Shown: piece by piece, positions 53,901 to 64,000 of the stretch
Numbering within the stretch: the stretch's first letter is position 1
Layout: each line of letters opens with the position of its first letter
Source: Eledone cirrhosa
Lineage: Eukaryota
DNA length: 64,000 nt
Assembly (NCBI GenBank): GCA_964016885.1
Contig: OZ024745.1
Coordinates: 80,972,001-81,036,000, forward strand
Direction of reading: 5' to 3'
The notes under the pieces: generated by a model
Told to the model about the DNA's origin: nothing
Database searches by the model: none
Seen by the model: only the letters and a program-made list of their open reading frames with translations
Translations under genes and position numbers: made by a program

Positions 53901-56900
53901 TTACCTTAGTCATTGTAAATCAGGCTTTACTTACCTTAGTCATTGTAAATCAAGCTTTACTTACCTTAGTCATTGTAAATCAGGCTTTACTTACCTTAGA
54001 CATTGTAAATCAGGCTTTACTTACCTTAGTCATTGTAAATCAGGCTTTACTTACCTTAGACATTGTAAATCAGGCTTTACTTACCTTAGTCATTGTAAAT
54101 CAGGCTTTACTTACCTTAGTCATTGTAAATCAGGCTTTACTTACCTTAGACATTGTAAATCAGGCTTTACTTACCTTAGACATTGTAAATCAAGCTTTAG
54201 TTACCTTAGTCATTGTAAATCAGGCTTTACTTACCTTAGTCATTGTAAATCAGGCTTTACTTACCTTAGTCATTGTAAATCAGGCTTTACTTACCTTAGT
54301 CATTGTAAATCAGGCTTTACTTACCTTAGTCATTGTAAATCAGGCTTTACTTACCTTAGTCATTGTAAATCAGGCTTTACTTAACTTAGTCATTGTAAAT
54401 CAGGCTTTACTTACCTTAGACATTGTAAATCAAGCTTTACTTACCTTAGTCATTGTAAATCAGGCTTTACTTACCTTAGACATTGTAAATCAGGCTTTAC
54501 TTACCTTAGTCATTGTAAATCATGCTTTACTTACCTTAGTCATTGTAAATCATGCTTTACTTACCTTAGACATTGTAAATCAGGCTTTACTTACCTTAGA
54601 CATTGTAAATCAAGCTTTAGTTACCTTAGACATTGTAAATCAGGCTTTACTTACCTTAGTCATTGTAAATCAGGCTCTACTTACCTTAGTCATTGTAAAT
54701 CAAGATTTACTTACCTTAGACATTGTAATCAGGCTTTACTTACCTTAGACATTGTAATCAGGCTTTACTTACCTTAGACATTGTAAATCAGGCTTTACTT
54801 ACCTTAGTCATTGTAAATCAGGCTCTACTTACCTTAGACATTGTAAATCAGGCTTTACTTACCTTAGACATTGTAATCAGGCTTTACTTACCTTAGACAT
54901 TGTAATCAGGCTTTACTTACCTTAGACATTGTAAATCAGGCTTTACTTACCTTAGACATTGTAAATCAGGCTTTACTTACCTTAGTCATTGTAAATCAGG
55001 CTCTACTTACCTTAGACATTGTAAATCAAGCTTTACTTACCTTAGTCATTGTAAATCAAGCTCTACTTACCTTAGTCATTGTAAATCAAGCTTTAGTTAC
55101 CTTAGTCATTGTAAATCAAGCTTTACTTACCTTAGTCATTGTAAATCAAGCTCTACTTACCTTAGCCATTGTAAATCAAGCTTTAGTTACCTTAGACATT
55201 GTAAATCAAGATTTACTTACCTTAGTCATTGTAAATCAAGCTTTACTTACCTTAGACATTGTAAATCAAGATTTACTTACCTTAGTCATTGTAAATCAAG
55301 CTTTACTTACCTTAGACATTGTATATCAGGCTTTACTTACCTTAGACATTGTAAATCAGGCTTTACTTACCTTAGTCATTGTAAATCAGGCTCTACTTAC
55401 CTTAGTCATTGTAAATCAAGATTTACTTACCTTAGACATTGTAATCAGGCTTTACTTACCTTAGACATTGTAATCAGGCTTTACTTACCTTAGACATTGT
55501 AAATCAGGCTTTACTTACCTTAGTCATTGTAAATCAGGCTTTACGTACCTTAGTCATTGTAAATCAGGCTCTACTTACCTTAGTCATTGTAAATCAAGAT
55601 TTACTTACCTTAGACATTGTAATCAGGCTTTACTTACCTTAGACATTGTAATCAGGCTTTACTTACCTTAGACATTGTAATCAGGCTTTACTTACCTTAG
55701 ACATTGTAAATCAGGCTTTACTTACCTTAGTCATTGTAAATCAGGCTCTACTTACCTTAGTCATTGTAAATCAAGATTTACTTACCTTAGACATTGTAAT
55801 CAGGCTTTACTTACCTTAGACATTGTAATCAGGCTTTACTTACCTTAGACATTGTAAATCAGGCTTTACTTACCTTAGTCATTGTAAATCAGGCTCTACT
55901 TACCTTAGACATTGTAAATCAGGCTTTACTTACCTTAGACATTGTAATCAGGCTTTACTTACCTTAGACATTGTAATCAGGCTTTACTTACCTTAGACAT
56001 TGTAATCAGGCTTTACTTACCTTAGACATTGTAAATCAGGCTTTACTTACCTTAGTCATTGTAAATCAGGCTCTACTTACCTTAGACATTGTAAATCAAG
56101 CTTTACTTACCTTAGTCATTGTAAATCAAGCTCTACTTACCTTAGTCATTGTAAATCAAGCTTTAGTTACCTTAGTCATTGTAAATCAAGCTTTACTTAC
56201 CTTAGTCATTGTAAATCAAGCTCTACTTACCTTAGCCATTGTAAATCAAGCTTTAGTTACCTTAGACATTGTAAATCAAGATTTACTTACCTTAGTCATT
56301 GTAAATCAAGCTTTACTTACCTTAGACATTGTAAATCAAGATTTACTTACCTTAGTCATTGTAAATCAAGCTTTACTTACCTTAGACATTGTAAATCAAG
56401 CTTTACTTACCTTAGACATTGTAAATCAAGCTTTACTTACCTTAGTCATTGTAAATCAAGCTCTACTTACCTTAGTCATTGTAAATCAAGCTTTAGTTAC
56501 CTTAGTCATTGTAAATCAAGCTTTAGTTACCTTAGTCATTGTAAATCAAGCTTTAGTTACCTTAGACATTGTAAATCAAGATTTACTTACCTTAGTCATT
56601 GTAAATCAAGCTCTACTTACCTTAGTCATTGTAAATCAAGCTTTAGTTACCTTAGTCATTGTAAATCAAGCTTTAGTTACCTTAGTCATTGTAAATCAAG
56701 CTTTACTTACCTTAGACATTGTAAATCAAGATTTACTTACCTTAGTCATTGTAAATCAAGCTCTACTTACCTTAGTCATTGTAAATCAAGCTTTAGTTAC
56801 CTTAGTCATTGTAAATCAAGCTTTAGTTACCTTAGTCATTGTAAATCAAGCTTTACTTACCTTAGACATTGTAAATCAAGCTTTACTTACCTTAGACATT

Positions 56901-59900
56901 GTAAATCAAGCTTTACTTACCTTAGTCATTGTAAATCAAGCTTTACTTACCTTAGACATTGTAAATCAAGATTTACTTACCTTAGTCATTGTAAATCAAG
57001 CTTTACTTACCTTAGTCATTGTAAATCAAGCTCTACTTACCTTAGTCATTGTAAATCAAGCTTTACTTACCTTAGTCATTGTAAATCAAGCTTTACTTAC
57101 CTTAGACATTGTAAATCAAGATTTACTTACCTTAGTCATTGTAAATCAAGCTCTACTTACCTTAGTCATTGTAAATCAAGCTTTAGTTACCTTAGTCATT
57201 GTAAATCAAGCTTTAGTTACCTTAGTCATTGTAAATCAAGCTTTAGTTACCTTAGTCATTGTAAATCAAGCTTTAGTTACCTTAGTCATTGTAAATCAAG
57301 CTCTACTTACCTTAGACATTGTAAATCAAGCTTTACTTACCTTAGACATTGTAAATCAAGCTCTACTTACCTTAGTCATTGTAAATCAAGATTTACTTAC
57401 CTTAGTCATTGTAAATCAAGCTCTACTTACCTTAGTCATTGTAAATCAGGCTTTACTTACCTTAGACATTGTAAATCAGGCTTTACTTACCTTAGTCATT
57501 GTAAATCAAGCTCTACTTACCTTAGTCATTGTAAATCAAGATTTACTTACCTTAGTCATTGTAAATCAAGCTTTACTTACCTTAGTCATTGTAAATCAAG
57601 ATTTACTTACCTTAGTCATTGTAAATCAAGCTCTACTTACCTTAGTCATTGTAAATCAGGCTTTACTTACCTTAGACATTGTAAATCAGGCTTTACTTAC
57701 CTTAGTCATTGTAAATCAAGCTCTACTTACCTTAGTCATTGTAAATCAAGATTTACTTACCTTAGTCATTGTAAATCAAGCTTTACTTACCTTAGTCATT
57801 GTAAATCAAGATTTACTTACCTTAGTCATTGTAAATCAGGCTTTACTTACCTTAGACATTGTAAATCAGGCTTTACTTACCTTAGACATTGTAAATCAGG
57901 CTTTACTTACCTTAGTCATTGTAAATCAAGCTCTACTTACCTTAGTCATTGTAAATCAAGCTTTACTTACCTTAGACATTGTAAATCAAGCTTTACTTAC
58001 CTTAGACATTGTAAATCAGGCTTTACTTACCTTAGTCATTGTAAATCAGGCTCTACTTACCTTAGTCATTGTAAATCAAGCTTTACTTACCTTAGTCATT
58101 GTAAATCAAGCTTTACTTACCTTAGTCATTGTAAATCAGGCTTTACTTACCTTAGACATTGTAAATCAGGCTTTACTTACCTTAGTCATTGTAAATCAAG
58201 CTTTACTTACCTTAGTCATTGTAAATCAGGCTTTACTTACCTTAGTCATTGTAAATCAAGCTTTACTTACCTTAGTCATTGTAAATCAAGCTTTACTTAC
58301 CTTAGTCATTGTAAATCAAGCTTTACTTACCTTAGTCATTGTAAATCAGGCTTTACTTACCTTAGTCATTGTAAATCAGGCTTTACTTACCTTAGTCATT
58401 GTAAATCAAGATTTACTTACCTTAGTCATTGTAAATCAGGCTTTACTTACCTTAGTCATTGTAAATCAGGCTTTACTTACCTTAGACATTGTAAATCAGA
58501 CTTTACTTACCTTAGACATTGTAAATCAGGCTTTACTTACCTTAGACATTGTAAATCAGGCTTTACTTACCTTAGTCATTGTAAATCAGGCTTTACTTAC
58601 CTTAGACATTGTAAATCAGGCTTTACTTACCTTAGACATTGTAAATCAGGCTTTACTTACCTTAGTCATTGTAAATCAGGCTTTACTTACCTTAGACATT
58701 GTAAATCAGGCTTTACTTACCTTAGACATTGTAAATCAGGCTTTACGTACCTTAGTCATTGTAAATCAGGCTTTACTTACCTTAGACATTGTAAATCAGG
58801 CTTTACTTACCTTAGACATTGTAAATCAGGCTTTACTTACCTTAGTCATTGTAAATCAGGCTTTACTTACCTTGGACATTGTAAATCAGGCTTTACTTAC
58901 CTTAGACATTGTAAATCAGGCTTTACTTACCTTAGTCGTTGTAAATCAGGCTTTACGTACCTTAGACATTGTAAATCAAGCTCTACTTACCTTAGTCATT
59001 GTAAATCAAGATTTACTTACCTTAGACATTGTAAATCAGGCTTTACTTACCTTAGACATTGTAAATCAGGCTTTACGTACCTTAGTCATTGTAAATCAGG
59101 CTTTACTTACCTTAGACATTGTAAATCAGGCTTTACTTACCTTAGTCATTGTAAATCAGGCTTTACTTACCTTAGTCATTGTAAATCAAGATTTACTTAC
59201 CTTAGTCATTGTAAATCAGGCTTTACTTACCTTAGTCATTGTAAATCAGGCTTTACTTACCTTAGACATTGTAATCAGGCTTTACTTACCTTAGTCATTG
59301 TAAATCAAGCTTTACTTACCTTAGACATTGTAATCAGGCTTTACTTACCTTAGTCATTGTAAATCAAGCTTTACTTACCTTAGACATTGTAAATCAGGCT
59401 TTACTTACCTTAGTCATTGTAAATCAAGATTTACTTACCTTAGACATTGTAATCAGGCTTTACTTACCTTAGACATTGTAATCAGGCTTTACTTACCTTA
59501 GGCATTGTAAATCAGGCTTTACTTACCTTAGACATTGTAAATCAGGCTTTACTTACCTTAGTCATTGTAAATCAGGCTCTACTTACCTTAGTCATTGTAA
59601 ATCAAGATTTACTTACCTTAGACATTGTAATCAGGCTTTACTTACCTTAGACATTGTAATCAGGCTTTACTTACCTTAGACATTGTAAATCAGGCTTTAC
59701 TTACCTTAGTCATTGTAAATCAGGCTTTACGTACCTTAGTCATTGTAAATCAGGCTCTACTTACCTTAGTCATTGTAAATCAAGATTTACTTACCTTAGA
59801 CATTGTAATCAGGCTTTACTTACCTTAGACATTGTAATCAGGCTTTACTTACCTTAGACATTGTAATCAGGCTTTACTTACCTTAGACATTGTAAATCAG

Positions 59901-62600
59901 GCTTTACTTACCTTAGTCATTGTAAATCAGGCTCTACTTACCTTAGTCATTGTAAATCAAGATTTACTTACCTTAGACATTGTAATCAGGCTTTACTTAC
60001 CTTAGACATTGTAATCAGGCTTTACTTACCTTAGACATTGTAAATCAGGCTTTACTTACCTTAGTCATTGTAAATCAGGCTCTACTTACCTTAGACATTG
60101 TAAATCAGGCTTTACTTACCTTAGACATTGTAATCAGGCTTTACTTACCTTAGACATTGTAATCAGGCTTTACTTACCTTAGACATTGTAATCAGGCTTT
60201 ACTTACCTTAGACATTGTAAATCAGGCTTTACTTACCTTAGTCATTGTAAATCAGGCTCTACTTACCTTAGTCATTGTAAATCAAGCTTTACTTACCTTA
60301 GACATTGTAAATCAGGCTTTACTTACCTTAGTCATTGTAAATCAGGCTCTACTTACCTTAGTCATTGTAAATCAAGCTTTACTTACCTTAGTCATTGTAA
60401 ATCAAGATTTACTTACCTTAGACATTGTAATCAGGCTTTACTTACCTTAGACATTGTAATCAGGCTTTACTTACCTTAGACATTGTAAATCAGGCTCTAC
60501 TTACCTTAGTCATTGTAAATCAGGCTCTACTTACCTTAGTCATTGTAAATCAGGCTCTACTTACCTTAGTCATTGTAAATCAGGCTTTACTTACCTTAGA
60601 CATTGTAAATCAGGCTCTACTTACCTTAGTCATTGTAAATCAGGCTCTACTTACCTTAGTCATTGTAAATCAGGCTTTACTTACCTTAGACATTGTAAAT
60701 CAGGCTTTACTTACCTTAGTCATTGTAAATCAGGCTTTACGTACCTTAGACATTGTAAATCAGGCTTTACTTACCTTAGTCATTGTAATTCAGGCTTTAC
60801 GTACCTTAGACATTGTAAATCAGGCTCTACTTACCTTAGTCATTGTAAATCAGGCTTTACTTACCTTAGACATTGTAAATCAGGCTTTACTTACCTTAGT
60901 CATTGTAAATCAGGCTTTACTTACCTTAGACATTGTAAATCAGGCTCTACTTACCTTAGACATTGTAAATCAAGCTCTACTTACCTTAGTCATTGTAAAT
61001 CAAGCTTTACTTACCTTAGTCATTGTAAATCAAGCTTTACTTACCTTAGACATTGTAAATCAAGCTTTACTTACCTTAGTCATTGTAAATCAAGCTTTAC
61101 TTACCTTAGTCATTGTAAATCAAGCTTTACTTACCTTAGTCATTGTAAATCAGGCTTTACTTACCTTAGACATTGTAATCAGGCTTTACTTACCTTAGAC
61201 ATTGTAAATCAGGCTTTACTTACCTTAGACATTGTAATCAGGCTTTACTTACCTTAGACATTGTAATCAGGCTTTACTTACCTTAGACATTGTAAATCAG
61301 GCTTTGCTTACCTTAGTCATTGTAAATCAGGCTCTACTTACCTTAGTCATTGTAAATCAAGCTTTACTTACCTTAGACATTGTAAATCAGGCTTTACTTA
61401 CCTTAGACATTGTAAATCAGGCTCTACTTACCTTAGTCATTGTAAATCAGGCTCTACTTACCTTAGTCATTGTAAATCAAGCTTTACTTACCTTAGACAT
61501 TGTAAATCAGGCTCTACTTACCTTAGTCATTGTAAATCAGGCTCTACTTACCTTAGTCATTGTAAATCAAGCTTTACTTACCTTAGACATTGTAAATCAG
61601 GCTCTACTTACCTTAGTTATTGTAAATCAGGCTCTACTTACCTTAGTCATTGTAAATCAAGCTTTACTTACCTTAGTCATTGTAAATCAGGCTTTACTTA
61701 CCTTAGTCATTGTAAATCAGGCTTTACTTACCTTAGACATTGTAAATCAGGCTTTACTTACCTTAGTCATTGTAAATCAGGCTTTACTTACCTTAGACAT
61801 TGTAAATCAAGCTCTACTTACCTTAGTCATTGTAAATCAGGCTTTACTTACCTTAGTCATTGTAAATCAAGCTTTACTTACCTTAGTCATTGTAAATCAG
61901 GCTTTACTTACCTTAGACATTGTAAATCAGGCTTTACTTACCTTAGTCATTGTAAATCAGGCTTTACTTACCTTAGACATTGTAAATCAGGCTTTACTTA
62001 CCTTAGTCATTGTAAATCAGGCTTTACTTACCTTAGTCATTGTAAATCAGGCTTTACTTACCTTAGACATTGTAAATCAGGCTTTACTTACCTTAGACAT
62101 TGTAAATCAAGCTTTAGTTACCTTAGTCATTGTAAATCAGGCTTTACTTACCTTAGTCATTGTAAATCAGGCTTTACTTACCTTAGTCATTGTAAATCAG
62201 GCTTTACTTACCTTAGTCATTGTAAATCAGGCTTTACTTACCTTAGTCATTGTAAATCAGGCTTTACTTACCTTAGTCATTGTAAATCAGGCTTTACTTA
62301 ACTTAGTCATTGTAAATCAGGCTTTACTTACCTTAGACATCGTAAATCAAGCTTTACTTACCTTAGTCATTGTAAATCAGGCTTTACTTACCTTAGACAT
62401 TGTAAATCAGGCTTTACTTACCTTAGTCATTGTAAATCATGCTTTACTTACCTTAGTCATTGTAAATCATGCTTTACTTACCTTAGACATTGTAAATCAG
62501 GCTTTACTTACCTTAGACATTGTAAATCAAGCTTTAGTTACCTTAGACATTGTAAATCAGGCTTTACTTACCTTAGACATTGTAAATCAAGCTTTAGTTA
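48000..62600. repeat. Higher-order tandem duplication within the satellite, offset ~7.92 kb (limits approximate)
   Basis: Rare variants recur at offset 7917-7918: AATCAGACT 50582/58500, GTCGTT 51019/58937, CTTTGCTT 53387/61304, TAGTTATT 53701/61618. Confidence 0.88.
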
Positions 62601-64000
62601 CCTTAGACATTGTAAATCAGGCTTTACTTACCTTAGTCATTGTAAATCAGGCTTTACTTACCTTAGACATTGTAAATCAGGCTTTACTTACCTTAGACAT
62701 TGTAAATCAGGCTTTACTTACCTTAGACATTGTAAATCAGGCTTTACTTACCTTAGTCATTGTAAATCAGGCTTTACTTACCTTAGTCATTGTAAATCAG
62801 GCTTTACTTACCTTAGACATTGTAAATCAGGCTTTACTTACCTTAGTCATTGTAAATCAGGCTTTACTTACCTTAGTCATTGTAAATCAGGCTTTACTTA
62901 CCTTAGACATTGTAAATCAGGCTTTACTTACCTTAGTCATTGTAAATCAAGCTTTACTTACCTTAGTCATTGTAAATCAGGCTCTACTTACCTTAGTCAT
63001 TGTAATCAGGCTTTACTTACCTTAGACATTGTAAATCAGGCTTTACTTACCTTAGTCATTGTAATCAGGCTTTACTTACCTTAGTCATTGTAAATCAGGC
63101 TTTACTTACCTTAGACATTGTAAATCAAGCTTTACTTACCTTAGACATTGTAAATCAAGCTTTACTTACCTTAGTCATTGTAAATCAGGCTTTACTTACC
63201 TTAGACATTGTAAATCAGGCTTTACTTACCTTAGTCATTGTAATCAGGCTTTACTTACCTTAGACATTGTAAATCAGGCTTTACTTACCTTAGTCATTGT
63301 AATCAGGCTTTACTTACCTTAGTCATTGTAAATCAGGCTTTACTTACCTTAGTCATTGTAAATCAAGATTTACTTACCTTAGTCATTGTAAATCAGGCTC
63401 TACTTACCTTAGACATTGTAAATCAGGCTTTACTTACCTTAGTCATTGTAAATCAGGCTCTACTTACCTTAGTCATTGTAATCAGGCTTTACTTACCTTA
63501 GTCATTGTAAATCAGGCTTTACTTACCTTAGTCATTGTAAATCAAGCTTTACTTACCTTAGACATTGTAAATCAGGCTTTACTTACCTTAGTCATTGTAA
63601 ATCAAGCTTTACTTACCTTAGTCATTGTAAATCAGGCTCTACTTACCTTAGTCATTGTAATCAGGCTTTACTTACCTTAGACATTGTAAATCAGGCTTTA
63701 CTTACCTTAGTCATTGTAATCGGGCTTTACTTACCTTAGTCATTGTAAATCAGGCTTTACTTACCTTAGACATTGTAAATCAAGCTTTACTTACCTTAGT
63801 CATTGTAAATCAGGCTTTACTTACCTTAGTCATTGTAAATCAGGCTCTACTTACCTTAGACATTGTAAATCAGGCTTTACTTACCTTAGTCATTGTAAAT
63901 CAAGCTTTACTTACCTTAGTCATTGTAAATCAGGCTTTACTTACCTTAGACATTGTAAATCAAGCTTTATTTACCTTAGACATTGTAAATCAGGCTTTAC

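Larger units (their letters stand above)
18354..64000. repeat. 30-bp tandem satellite array, right arm (~1,520 monomers; runs off the window end)
   Basis: Same monomer, orientation and variant spectrum as the left arm. It resumes at (T)AGACATTGTAAATC in register with the left junction. Confidence 0.99.

Noticed and set aside
38006-63025. ORFs at 38006, 45054, 53387, 58872 and 61304
   Set aside because: They begin at TTG codons created by single satellite variants and end at 29-bp monomer frameshifts. They are useful only as higher-order repeat markers.
1-64000. CRISPR array (30-bp repeat with dyad)
   Set aside because: There are no spacers and no cas genes, monomers are directly adjacent, and the context is eukaryotic.
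1-64000. Telomeric repeat (TTAG-containing)
   Set aside because: There are no TTAGG/TTAGGG runs and no G-rich strand, and the array is interrupted and has multi-kb higher-order structure.
1-64000. Tandem U1 snRNA or spliced-leader RNA genes
   Set aside because: Only 9 nt match U1. A 30-bp unit leaves no room for stem-loops, an Sm site or a promoter.

Overview
Eukaryotic satellite DNA. About 92% of the window is a highly homogeneous head-to-tail array of a 30-bp monomer, consensus + strand CATTGTAAATCA(G/A)GCTTTACTTACCTTAG(T/A). It spans 1-13434 and 18354-64000, roughly 1,970 copies estimated from length. The array is interrupted once (13435-18353) by an apparently full-length, intact non-LTR retrotransposon of the RTE clade on the minus strand. 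The element has one ORF encoding an AP endonuclease and a reverse transcriptase with a C4HC3 PHD-type zinc finger inside the RT C-terminal region, a 3' hairpin and (ATG)n tail, and a 5' region containing an apparently exact 539-bp tandem duplication. The 3' end resembles cephalopod (Octopus-type) RTE/SINE tails, but that is recollection and not verified. Rare monomer variants reveal multi-kb higher-order duplications (offsets ~7.05 and ~7.92 kb) and an empty-site sister copy indicating insertion with essentially no target-site duplication. Nearly every monomer carries TACTTACCT, identical to nt 2-10 of U1 snRNA, which reads as a consensus 5' splice site (AAG|GTAAGT) on the minus strand. The long repetitive ORFs in the ORF track are artefacts of the satellite. 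No host gene, RNA gene or CRISPR array is supported.
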